Of a stretch of 64,000 nt of DNA, positions 51,701 through 61,820 are shown in pieces. The stretch spans positions 36,776,304 to 36,840,303 of the forward strand of contig NC_092671.1 of NCBI RefSeq assembly GCF_964355755.1. Reading direction: 5' to 3'. Position numbers and translations under genes: made by a program. The DNA comes from Antedon mediterranea (lineage: Eukaryota; Animalia; Echinodermata). Within the stretch, counting starts at the first letter, position 1. Every line of letters begins with the position of its first letter. Below the pieces are notes generated by a model. It was not told the DNA's origin and ran no database searches. It was given only the letters and a program-made list of their open reading frames with translations.

Positions 51701-54700
51701 TGAAAATAAAAATGTACTGGTCCTCTTGTCTAGTTTAAGGTAGACTTCTGAATAATCTGACAGATTGACGTCTAGGTACAATGTCCATTTAGAAAGTAAA
51801 ACTTGACCTGATAACAAACAGGTTTCTAATTAACTAAAAGTTACGCACCCCAAATCTCACTCCTTCTGTTACAGGTTGAAAGTCAACACGCAAGCTGGAT
51901 GTTGATAAACCAAATGCTTAGGAAAAAAACACAGAATTAGGAAGTGTGATGCATTAAAACACAACTAAAAATAATTGAAAAGTCATGACTTTAAAACAAA
52001 ACAAAATTATTTTTTGCTCTCTCTATCTCTGTTACACGCACACAACCAATACAATTTTAGTTACCAAATTCTTAGGGAAAAAATATAGAATTAGGAAGTG
52101 TTATATGCATTCAAGGTTGTTGGGATGTTGACACCACAGTTGTGAAATTCAGCATTATAATATTTCACTTTGATTATTTTCCTTGTCAGATAATAACAAA
52201 TAGAATACTTACGGTCACTGGGTAAAGGAAATGTTGTTTGATGTGTAATGTTAGTATTAACATTAATTTGGCCACTTGTATCTTGGAGAATGAATGTCAT
52301 TTGCGGAGGAATAGAACATGGTGACAATAGTACGCGCATATCTAACTCCTTTCCCTGAAAAACATAACAAAAGAAATAAACATTAATTTAGTTTTTTCAT
52401 TTCATTTAATAATTGTTCACACATTGAACAAAATACAACAGATATTTATACTTTAGAAAAGAAAAAAAAGATACAAAGACAATATGGTATCCTCTCCACA
52501 CTCCACTTCCTAAACATTTACAAAAGTTGTATTTTTACTGTGGTTGGTGTGATCAACAATTAACTAAAGCTCTGTCTACACTATCAAACTAGTTTGACAA
52601 AAAAGTGTGATGTGCCTAAATATGGTAGTGATATGCCCAAATATGGTAATAATATGACATCATCATGTCCATATATGAGCACATCACATTGTCCCATAAA
52701 GTTTGATAGTGTAGACAGAGCTTAAAAATTTTTGGTTAAATTTAAGACTGATCATTATCGTATGTGGTGTGACCAGACCTTTAGGAGAGAATACTGAATC
52801 ATACCGTAGTTTGACTTGAGTGACTAAGTCCGTAACTTTCCTGTGAGTAAGCTAGTTTACATTACTTAACTAGACCGTTTGGTTAATTTGCAAATTTTGA
52901 TAAAAAAAAAAATCCGTATGGATTTAATTACAGTAGAGATATTACTCACTACACATCCTATGTACAGCCATTGTATACAACTACAAGTAGTCACTTTATT
53001 TGAAGAAAGTTTAAACAAATGTCTTTAATAAAGAGGCAAATACAAAAATTATCTTGTAAAGATGTATTGTCCCCCTGAAGAAATAACTTATTTTTGTTGA
53101 ATATGCCATTGTCATATGTCACATTATAGTTATCCACTTTAAACAAAAATTGAATAAAAAAAAAATTATTTACTGTACCTGAAAAAACTGTAATTTAAAG
53201 AAAAAAAATATTCAAATTGGCTGCCAGCCAATGGGTTATTGGTTGAATTTATCCATTTATTTATTTGTCATTTTATATGAGAAAACATTATTTTTTTTAG
53301 TTATTTTTTTTTGGAAGTTATTAACTTGATTAAAACTACAACATAACCTATTAAAAGTCTGATTTGATTATTCTTCATTTTTCATGTTTTTGGGGACAAT
53401 ACACCTTTAATATATTGTAGGTTTTTATGCAAAAACCAAAGGTTAATCCTATTTAAATGAATGTGATTGATAGGAAGGAAACACAATTGTTGATAAGTAA
53501 GTCAAATGGACAATACGGTATCCAGATATCAAAGTAATCAAGGATACAGGAATTGCACAATGTTTATGTATTCCTGACCTCAAATAAATGTGTTGAATAT
53601 CTGCGAAGTCAGTACAATATTACAAGTGTTCATTTATGACAGGGAAGAGGGACTAGTTGTCATGGTGACTGCACATTCCATAATAAATAATTTTATTGAG
53701 CATAATCACAATTTGGCATAGAAACTAAAGCTCTGTCTGCAACTAGTTTGACAAAAAAAGTGTGATGTGCCCAAATATGGCAGTGATATGCCCAAACATA
53801 GTGATATGACATCATCATGTCCATGTAGGCACATCACATAACAAGTTTGATAGTGTAGACAGAGCTTCACAAAATGCTTTCAATAATTTTATTTAGCATA
53901 ATCACAATTTGGCATAGAAACCAACAAGAAATATGGAATTTGGCAAAAACACGGAGATGGGATTTACTCACATAACTTGAACATCGATAAAGAAATTAGG
54001 ACTTTACAGTTTATTGTTACCTTATCTTATTATTATCTATTTACAACCAAAGAGTTTGTAAACCGTTCAAATAGAATAAAAGATAAAAAAGTGGGCAATC
54101 CTGAGGAAACATCAACAGGAAAGCTAAATCACTCGCAACAACTCCCTCAAAACCCACCATTTTAATTTGCACTATTAATTTGTGTTCTTCTTTCTGTTGA
54201 TTGTCTACATCACTATCAAAATTTATGTGACAAACAAATGTAATGTGCCCATATATGAACATGATGATGTCATATCATTACCATATTTGAACATATCACT
54301 ACCATGTTTGGAAACATCACATTGATTTTGTCAAACTAGTTTGATAGTGTAGACAGAGCTTTAGAGGCGGCCTGCATTTGTGCTATATTAAATTGAATAT
54401 TATTATTATTATAAATAGTTACTGCAGTAATCGCCAACCAGATACGATAGTCTAAATTTTCCGCACCTCTACTCTGTCATAGACCACAATGCCTACAATG
54501 CTTGCATATGGGCAAATATAAGATTTTTACTCAAAATTTAAATACCATAGCAACCTAGAATTAATCAATAAAAACTGTACTGTACTAAATCTCTCTCCTC
54601 AGCCTCACTAGGCTGTTAACTAGTTGCGAATACAGTAATAGTCTTTGTTAACAACATAAATATGAAGTATTGACAAATGGAGTAGCATAGTGTTTAGCTA

Positions 54701-57010
54701 ATCAATAAAAATATTAATGCCTATTGAAACATGCAGTTGGTTTCACTCTCAGTTGGAACATAGAATATATTGAATCTTGTTTCTGCTGTAGGATAGACTA
54801 TTTCTAATCTGGTTCTACTGTAGGATACTAGACTATTTAAATCTGTTGTAGGATAGACAATTTTCAACCATTGTTTTTAACTGTAGTATAGACTATTTTC
54901 AATCTTGTTTTCTAACTGTAGACTATTTTCAATCTTGGTTCTACTGTAGACTATTTTTAATCTTGCAAAATGCAATATATTTCAATATTATTATAGTATT
55001 TTTCTTATACAATTGTTAAAATTGTATTTTTCTTTTTATGTTGAATTTAAAGAGCTTATTGAAAACACTTAAAAATTGAAATTTAATCTAAGCCAATCAA
55101 TTTAGATGCAATAAAATAAATTAATAACAACTTATTCAAATCCTTTGCATTACCACGGAAACTAGCTAGTATACTGGTTTTTATTGAAATGATTGGGAGG
55201 TTTAATCGTTATAACTTGAAAGAAACCTAAATAATAGTTTTCACTGTTTTTTTGGTGAGAGGGGTGGGATCCTTTTTTTAAAAAAAAGGGGAAATTTTGT
55301 GACAATGTAACAGGGCGTTAACACAAAGGATGGGTTCAGCATGAAATTCAAATGATTGGAAATATGGCTTTGTTACCAAGGGGATATTTTAAAATTCATA
55401 ATTGGTGTTTTTGATGTTATGGGAAAGCAATAACTGTCAATTATCTGCCACGGACATAAGTTAACGCGAGCGTGTATAACATCATTTGAACGTGCACGCG
55501 TCAAGAGTCTCTAAAGCTTGGGGAGCATGGCAGTCACCAGACAGGCAAAGAAGACTTGGAATAAAACTTTGTTTTGGTCAAAAACACTGTTATTATCCCT
55601 ATCCAGGTAACACTGTCAATAAACTTGTACTCTATAAAATGGTGTTAGACTTAGAGTGTATATGTCTGCACAATGGTTGAGATGGGATGTTTCGTAATTT
55701 TGTTTTGTTATTTCCCTTATAGTGGGAAATATATTTAAGTTAGGTAGACAAACAATAAAGGAGACTTACGTTGTTGTAACCATTCAACATCTCCAACGAA
55801 CCAAATAAAATTGAATCAGGGACAAAGGGATTTCATTTGGAAAGGTCTTTCAGGTACTGACAATTCTCTAATGGCTTTTTGTATACATTTTTTAAAACTA
55901 AATCTCCTTGCTAGTTTATTAATTGTTATATTGTATTAAATGATAGTACCTAGTTTTAGCTACTGTAGTACAAAATTTATAGACACATTCATTTATTCAG
56001 TCTACTACCCAACCAATGTGAAGTATACAATAACTGTAGACCTATGTACATAAATATTATTATATACAGTATTAGTGATGAATTAAAAAAACATAAAGGC
56101 TCCATTTTGTTAACAAAGTAAATTTCAGAAAAATATCTAGTGGGGATTAGAGTATAAGAATGCTTTTGTGATAACAGATTTTGAGACATAAACAGTAGTT
56201 TCATATTCTGAAGTGTCAGGATAGATTTTATAACTCTAAATTTACAATCTTCTTACCAATAAAGAGAAAGTGCAGTGTAGAGAAGTACAGTCCGCTGATT
56301 TGACGCATGTTGGTACGGTACCTCCTGGTAAGTTGCTACTTAAGTCGGTAATTACAGAATCTAGGTCATGGCATTCTGGTTGATACTGACTCAAAACACC
56401 TAAACATGTGTTACAATACAGTTAAATGGGCTTTAAAAAGAAATAATGGTGAAATAAATTATTCATTTTTAAATAATAATCTTTCATTGATTTGATTCAC
56501 AATCTTAATTTTAATATAATTTTGTCATAAAATGATAATACAGTATTATTCATAAGCATGCCACAGCAGGCATAAAACTAGGCAGCATTTTTAATCGTGT
56601 GGGGTGGCGGATGAAATTAACTGATAGACACGAAAAAAAACTTTTAATACATCTTCTGAAAATAAAAAAAAGGTCAACAATTTTCTTGTGTTGTTGGTAA
56701 TGGTCATACAAACAGAATTGAATAAAAATAATTGTGTTTTTAATGAATAAAGACCAGCAGACAAAAACATTTATCAGATTCTGACTTCCTCAACACCTAA
56801 CCTCAGGATGTGACAAAACAGGCGAAGTAGCCTACACACTCACATTACCTTTTACATCGTACCTTCTACCTGTGTCAGCCAGGGAAAGGTGGTCAGTATC
56901 GTTTCCGTCTTGCAGCCTGCCTGGCTAAACAAAGTAAATTGAATGTTCTTACCTGTTAATGATAGCGAAAACACTGCTAACAATAAGCATTCAGAGCTAA
57001 ATGATATCAT
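39588..57010 (-). CDS. Uncharacterised 591-aa type I membrane glycoprotein with three tandem six-Cys domains (15 coding exons)
   Basis: 15 GT-AG exons with fully compatible phases total 1776 nt with no internal stop. Signal peptide MISFSSECLLLAVFSLSLTGVLS; 3x C..C-x5-C-x4-C-x17-C..C; TM VGIVFGVLLAGMVVLCVIAGLLYV; tail NRRRRYRRADETALIEDSFAEI*. Confidence 0.9.
39922..40056 (-). mobile_element. MITE-A copy
   Basis: Both TIRs. Confidence 0.85.
40113..40208 (-). CDS. Membrane protein exon 14
   Basis: ctag|(V)EPTMKAFGLTT...EDGNSNN|gtgaat; 96 nt, phase 1-1. Confidence 0.8.
40406..40720. mobile_element. Unclassified foldback element (GAGGCAAAGCCGAG-loop hairpin)
   Basis: ~75-bp near-perfect inverted repeat 40409-40483 / 40497-40575; its other end recurs in reverse at 10010-10085. 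Confidence 0.7.
40753..40790 (+). ncRNA. Hammerhead-ribozyme-like core (minimal/atypical)
   Basis: CTGAGGA-A-GATCAA agtata TTGATC-GAAA-CGTCG: CUGANGA box, 6-bp stem II and GAAA box; stems I and III not clearly resolved. Confidence 0.45.
41268..41609. mobile_element. Kolobok-type family C copy
   Basis: Both TIRs, right TTAA. Confidence 0.82.
41649..42274. mobile_element. Second Kolobok-type element (family D)
   Basis: TTAA|AGACCCCTTCCCTGC...GTAGGGAATGGGGCT|TTAA; CpG-rich interior. Confidence 0.65.
42410..42463 (-). CDS. Membrane protein exon 13
   Basis: gcag|(G)SNPTVIAMTTDKSGEKT|gtagcg; 54 nt, phase 1-1. Confidence 0.75.
42621..42821. mobile_element. MITE-B-related element
   Basis: Same termini (AGCGTGTTTCCCACTAGAACG / CTAGTGGGAACCAAGAT), different interior, TAA duplication; a related partial copy lies at 47213-47340. 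Confidence 0.8.
42855..43004 (-). CDS. Membrane protein exon 12
   Basis: aaag|(G)LLNPSFKATLEKK...ITVSQCN|gtaagt; 150 nt. Confidence 0.88.
43357..43491 (-). mobile_element. MITE-A copy
   Basis: Both TIRs; 24 bp from the exon 11 donor. Confidence 0.9.
43516..43660 (-). CDS. Membrane protein exon 11
   Basis: ttcag|GKGYIARLDLRHCVTP...FVLPTS|gtaggt; 145 nt. Confidence 0.9.
43733..44051 (-). mobile_element. tRNA-derived SINE with Deu-like domain
   Basis: A box TGGCCGAGCGG, B-box-like GGTTCGAGGC; GGACTATAAACCTAGGTCC..TTAAAGAACC..TAGGGAGTTACCCCGGTGT resembles the DeuSINE central domain (from memory). Confidence 0.75.
44079..44287 (-). CDS. Membrane protein exon 10
   Basis: ttag|(K)PATTPSPP...ECTSW...CNVTANCTGIVCEDLVS|gtaagt; 209 nt. 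Confidence 0.9.
44321..44462 (-). mobile_element. MITE-A copy truncated by a LINE tail
   Basis: One TIR plus core, abuts the LINE 3' end. Confidence 0.82.
44463..45250 (-). mobile_element. Degenerate L2/Crack-type LINE 3' fragment
   Basis: Minus-strand translation HTRSQNNMSVP..KTN*..IR*SEPTLWNNLP matches the C-terminal motif of L2/CR1-group ORF2; AATAAA..CTTGAAACTTG tail. The 5' boundary is approximate. Confidence 0.7.
45662..45758 (-). CDS. Membrane protein exon 9
   Basis: atag|VIVKSCPKVLGIPVC...PIPVPPC|gtaagt; 97 nt. Confidence 0.88.
46204..46633. mobile_element. Unclassified inverted-repeat element
   Basis: ~60-bp inverted repeats 46298-46360 / 46551-46607; outer TTTCACAT / ATGTGAAA. 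Confidence 0.6.
46746..46813 (-). CDS. Membrane protein exon 8
   Basis: gtag|(G)PAPVDLDVTMIPDPSTNTIMTT|gtaatg; 68 nt, same length and phase as exon 4. Confidence 0.85.
47049..47187 (-). CDS. Membrane protein exon 7
   Basis: ccag|ENDVLVDLRIDPCSVP...SFQILA|gtatgt; 139 nt. Confidence 0.9.
47470..47575. repeat. 22-bp minisatellite, ~5 copies, abutting the exon 6 donor
   Basis: (GGCCACATAGTATGCACTCTCA)n. Confidence 0.9.
47582..47703 (-). CDS. Membrane protein exon 6
   Basis: atag|(A)VEAGNCTDM...CRSHQDCNGFQCNGTEA|gtaggt; 122 nt. Confidence 0.9.
47728..50790 (-). mobile_element. Tandem Helentron-associated (HINE/DINE-1-like) element, two ~1.5-kb units
   Basis: Sub-TIR TAGTTATCCGC at 47745, 49257 and inverted at 50776-50786; 5' hairpin AGTTATCCGC-tcaat-GCGGATAACT; AAAG-rich tract; 3' hairpin ACTCGTCA-ctt-TGACGAGT then CTAG-TT; no TSD. 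Confidence 0.75.
50827..50946. mobile_element. Small TIR element with 5-bp target duplication
   Basis: TATGC|CAGGGCCGTAGCCA...TGGCTACATCACTG|TATGC. Confidence 0.6.
51058..51202 (-). CDS. Membrane protein exon 5
   Basis: ttag|LFLDTTAVG...RTPPCDTVPS...PNPPR|gtattg; 145 nt. Confidence 0.88.
51849..51916 (-). CDS. Membrane protein exon 4
   Basis: taag|(P)FGLSTSSLRVDFQPVTEGVRFG|gtgcgt; 68 nt. Confidence 0.8.
52213..52354 (-). CDS. Membrane protein exon 3
   Basis: ttcag|GKELDMRVLLSPCSIPP...FPLPSD|gtaagt; 142 nt. Confidence 0.9.
52568..52722 (-). mobile_element. MITE-A copy
   Basis: Both TIRs, TAA...TAA. Confidence 0.92.
53060..53406. mobile_element. Kolobok-type family C copy
   Basis: Both TIRs, right TTAA. 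Confidence 0.85.
53729..53866 (-). mobile_element. MITE-A copy within a 40-bp flanking duplication
   Basis: Both termini present. Confidence 0.85.
54202..54360 (+). mobile_element. MITE-A copy
   Basis: Right TIR intact, left degenerate. Confidence 0.85.
54780..54965. repeat. Degenerate ~30-bp tandem repeat
   Basis: Recurrent TAGACTATTTTCAATCTTG..CTGTAG. Confidence 0.6.
56257..56399 (-). CDS. Membrane protein exon 2
   Basis: ttag|(G)VLSQYQPECHDL...CVKSADCTSLHCTFSLL|gtaaga; 143 nt. Confidence 0.9.
56953..57010 (-). CDS. Membrane protein exon 1 (signal peptide)
   Basis: MISFSSECLLLAVFSLSLT+G|gtaaga. Confidence 0.82.
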
Positions 57011-57438
57011 AATAACTACCCTGGTTAAATTTTGATAAAAATGTTTTATTTCTTTACATGAACATCCGACAAAACATTGACTTTTTAATAGGAGCTTCGC
57101 AATCGTTTTTTTGTTGTTGTTTTTCTTTATATAAACAACAGAGGGCGGCAAACACAGTTTTGCGATCACACACGACGTACACACGTCACAGTCAGTCACC
57201 ATTTGGAGCTATATATCCAATACCAAATTGGCGAGTAAATCATGTTTTACTTTAAATTAAATTTATACGCTCTTCCACAAGGTCAATTGTTAGTTATACA
57301 TACAGACTATATTAAAACAATGATTTTGAACACGTAGGGCATTTCTTTGAATTCTTTCCTATTGTCGTTTTGTGGTAATTTACAGCTTTTTATATGTTTA
57401 ACAAACGTACATAATCAATTGCGTCTGCATCATGCTAG

Positions 57439-57554
57439 ACTACAACTTCCGGTAGTGACGTAATCAGCATATTTTTGGTAATAAAACTTTTTCACTAAGC
57501 TAGGGAATCTTCTGATATCAATATTCATTAGACCGTACTTTAGTTAGCCAATCA
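57439..57554. promoter_or_regulatory. Likely proximal promoter of the membrane-protein gene
   Basis: Cluster ~430-540 bp upstream of the ATG: ACTACAACTTCCGG (ACTACA motif overlapping an ETS core, 57439-57452), TGACGTAA (CRE-like, 57456-57463) and AGCCAATCA (NF-Y, 57546-57554). Confidence 0.55.
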
Positions 57555-57601
57555 AAATAAACGTATAAACAATTTTGCGGCGATGTTGTTGAGGTAAAAT
57601 A

Positions 57602-59925
57602 TACTGTGTTTTACAATAACCAATTTGGTTAGAGTAAAACACAATGATAAAGAATAGGAAACATTTAATAATATGATAAATGTCATTTACATAGCAATTT
57701 AGCACTGTGTTTTACTATAACCAATTTGGTTAAAGTAAAGCAGAATGATAAAGAATAGGAATTTAATAATATGATATATGACATTTACATAGCAATTTAG
57801 CACTGTGTTTTACTATAACCAATTTGGTTAGAGTAAAACACAATGATAAAGAATAGGAAATATTTAATAATATGATAAATGACATTTACATAGCAATTTA
57901 GCACTGTGTTTTACTATAACCAATTTGGTTAAAGTAAAGCAGAATGATAAAGAATAGGAATTTAATAATATGATATATGACATTTACATAGCAATTTAGC
58001 ACTGTGTTTTACTATAACCAATTTGGTTAGAGTAAAACACAATGATAAAGAATAGGAAATATTTAATAATAATGATTATTTACATAGCAATTTAGCACTG
58101 TGTTTTACTATAACCAATTTGGTTATAGTAAAACACAATGATATAGAATAGGAAACATTTAATAATATGATAAATGACATTTACATAGCAATTTATCACT
58201 GTGTTTTACTATAACCAATTTGGTTAGAGTAAAACACAATGATAAAGAATAGGAAACATTTAATAATAATGATTATTTACATAGCAATTTAGCACTGTGT
58301 TTTAATATAACCAATTTGGTTATAGTAAAACACAATGATAAAGAATAGGAAACATTTAATAATATGATATATGACATTCACATAGCAATTTAGCACTGTG
58401 TTTTACTATAACCAATTTGGTTAGAGTAAAACACAATGATATAGAATAGGAAACATTTAATAATTTGATAAATGACATTTACATAGCAATTTAGCACTGT
58501 GTTTTACTATAACCAATTTGGTTAAAGTAAAACACAATGATAAAGAATAGGAAACACTTAATAATATGATAAATGACATTTACATAGCAATTTAGCACTG
58601 TGTTTTACTATAACCAATTTGGTTAAAGTAAAGCAGAATGATAAAGAATAGGAATTTAATAATATGATATATGACATTTACATAGCAATTTAGCACTGTG
58701 TTTTACTATAACCAATTTGGTTAGAGTAAAACACAATGATAAAGAATAGGAAATATTTAATAATAATGATTATTTACATAGCAATTTAGCACTGTGTTTT
58801 ACTATAACCAATTTGGTTATAGTAAAACACAATGATATAGAATAGGAAACATTTAATAATATGATAAATGACATTTACATAGCAATTTATCACTGTGTTT
58901 TACTATAACCAATTTGGTTATGGTAAAGCACAATGATATAGAATAGGAAACATTTAATAATATGATAAATGACATTTACATAGCAATTTAGCACTGTGTT
59001 TTACTATAACCAATTTGGTTAAAGTAAAACATAATGATAAAGAATAGGAAACATTTAATAATATGATAAATGACATTTACATAGCAATTTATCACTGTGT
59101 TTTACTATAACCAATTTGGTTATGGTAAAGCACAATGATATAGAATAGGAAACATTTAATAATAATGATTATTTACATAGCAATTTAGCACCATGTTTTA
59201 CTATAACCAATTTGGTTATGGTAAAGCACAATGATATAGAATAGGAAACATTTAATAATATGATAAATGTCATTACATAGCAATTTAGCACTGTGTTTTA
59301 CTATAACCAATTTGGTTAGAGTAAAACACAATGACAAAGAATAGGAAACATTTAATAATAATGATTATTTACATAGCTAGCAATTTAGCACAATGTTTTA
59401 CTATAACCAATTTGGTTATGGTAAAGCACAATGATATAGAAATAGGAAACATTTGATAATATGATAAATGTCATTACATAGCAATTTAGCACTGTGTTTT
59501 ACTATAACCAATTTGGTTAGAGTAAAACACAATGATAAAGAATAGGAAACATTTAATAACATGATAAATGACATTCACATAGAAATTTAGCACTGTGTTT
59601 TACTATAACCAATTTGATTAGAGTAAAGCACAATGATAAAGAATATGAAACATTTAATAATATGATAAATGACATTTACATAGTAATTTATCACTGTGTT
59701 TTACTATAACCAATTTGGTTAGAGTAAAACATTTTAACTATGATAAATGATATTTAGCACTGTGCTGGATACAGTAAAACACAAATTAAGAATAGGAAAC
59801 ATATAATAATATGATACATTTACATACAAATTTAGTATTGTGTTTTACTATAGCCAATTTGGTTACAGTAAAACACAATGATAATGAAACATTTATTATA
59901 TGATATTATTTACATAGCAAAATAT
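57602..59925 (+). repeat. ~100-bp palindromic satellite array, ~23 monomers
   Basis: AGCACTGTGTTTTACTATAACCAATTTGGTTAGAGTAAAACACAATGATAAAGAATAGGAAACATTTAATAATATGATAAATGACATTTACATAGCAATTT. Confidence 0.95.
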
Positions 59926-59965
59926 TATATTAAACATATCTTATTATCTAAACGTTATGAAAAGA

Positions 59966-61820
59966 ATAGGATACATATAATGTAATAATATAATAAATAC
60001 AAGTTACATAGTTTATCATCTTGTTTTACAGAACCAATTTGGTGACACAGTTAAACACAGTGATAAAGAATAGATACTGTTTTAGGTTATATAACCCTAA
60101 CCCTAGTTTGAAGCGACATAATAAATTCATCGCGAAAAAGTACGTATCGTATTTAGAAACTTTTGAAATTTGTTAGATATGTTTAATAGGTTCTTACGTC
60201 TATAAAACAAACAAAAAATATAAATTTCACAAAAAAATCGTGATTTTAATAATTTGCATTTCTAAAAATGTACACTTATGAAATACCATACATTTTCCAA
60301 CACATTTTTACTTCATTGATGATTCCCAGAAATCAAAATAAAACAAATTATGATATTTCTTTTACATTATAGATGTAAGAACCTATATTGAACATGTACC
60401 AAATTTCAAACGTTTTTTAAGACGATACGTATTTTTATCGATGAATTAAGTATGTGATCGCTTCAAACTAGGGTTAGGGTTAAATAACCTAACAGTTCAT
60501 TCTTTAACACTGTGTTTAACTTTTAACCAAATTGGTTTTAGTACAACACAATGATAAACTATGTACATTTTATTTTTCATATTACATTATAGGATACATA
60601 TAATGTAATAATAATAAATACAAGTTACATAGTTTATCATCTTGTTTTACAGAACCAATTTGGTTACACAGTTAAACACAGTGATAAAGAATAGACACTG
60701 TTTTAGGTTATATAACTCTAACCCTAGTTTGAAGCGATCACATACTTAATTCATCGCGAAAAAATACGTATCGTATTCAGAAACATTTGAAATTTGGTAA
60801 ATATGTTCAATAGGTTCTTACGTCTATAAAACAAAACAAAAATAAAAGTTTCAAGACAAATTCGTGATTTTAATAATTTGCATTTCTAAACATTTACACT
60901 TATGAAAGACAATACATTTCCAACACATTTTTACTTCATTGATGATTCCCAGAAATCAAAATAAAACTATTAGGATATTTCTTTTGCATTATAGATGTAA
61001 GAACCTAAATTGAACATATCTACCAAATATCAAACGTTTTTCAAGACGATACGTATTTTTAGCGATGAATATTAAATATGTGATCGCTTCAAACTAGGGT
61101 TAGGGTTAAATAAACTAAAACAGTTCTATTCTTTATCACTCACTGTGTTTAACTTTTAACCAAAATGGTTATAGTAAAACACAATGATAAACGTACTTAT
61201 ATGTCAATTTTATTTTTCATAACATAAAATGTTTGATATTCTTTATAATATTTAATATTATATTTTAGGCCTACTATTAATGACGTATAAATGCACACTA
61301 CATCTGAAATAACTTTCTACTTCATTGGCGATTCTTACCAAAAAAAAGAACTAATTTTGTTATGTATATAGAGCAACCTATTATAACATGTCTTGTATGA
61401 TTTTTATCTCGTTTCAATGACATTTTATACTACAATTCAAATGAAAAAGCATCACAAAAAAATACGTCTGGTATTCAAAAAGTTTCTAAACTCGGTACAC
61501 AGAAAAAAGGAAATGTTGAAAATGTATGGTCTTTCATAAGTGTGAATTTTTTGAAATGCAAATAATGGAAATCATCGATTTGTCTTGAAATTTATAATTT
61601 GTTTTGTCTTATTGAACATATCTATACAAAATGTCAAACGTTTCTGAATACGATACGTTTTTTTTCTCGATGAATTTATAATGTCGCTTCAAACTAGAGG
61701 GTAGGGTAGTAACCTAACAAGTATCTATTCTTTATCACTATGTTTAACTGTGTAACCATATTGGTTCTAATAAAAAACAATGATAAACTATGTAAATTGT
61801 ATGTTTCATATATTACATTT
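59966..61820. repeat. Two tandem ~623-bp foldback units plus a further inverted arm
   Basis: Units start at 59966 and 60589; each has ~230-bp inverted arms containing (TAACCC)2 / (GGGTTA)2. Confidence 0.85.

Noticed and set aside
52805-52840. 36-nt in-frame candidate cassette exon (ESYGLSHSSQTT) with cag/gtatga borders
   Set aside because: Weak polypyrimidine tract, and inclusion would break the C-x17-C spacing conserved in all three repeats; needs RNA-seq.
37651-53866. Six consecutive MITE-A copies in the same orientation
   Set aside because: With ~21 copies such a run is not convincingly beyond chance.
56852-57202. 116-aa ORF / extra exon at ~56918-56849
   Set aside because: Only the signal-peptide segment is supported. 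The continuation would need an intron under 40 nt and hits a stop.
57602-59925. CRISPR-like appearance (palindromic repeat at regular spacing)
   Set aside because: The intervening sequence is repeated too (no unique spacers), there are no cas genes, and the context is eukaryotic.
60092-61108. TTAGGG motifs as a telomere or fusion site
   Set aside because: Only two repeats at a time, embedded in foldback arms.
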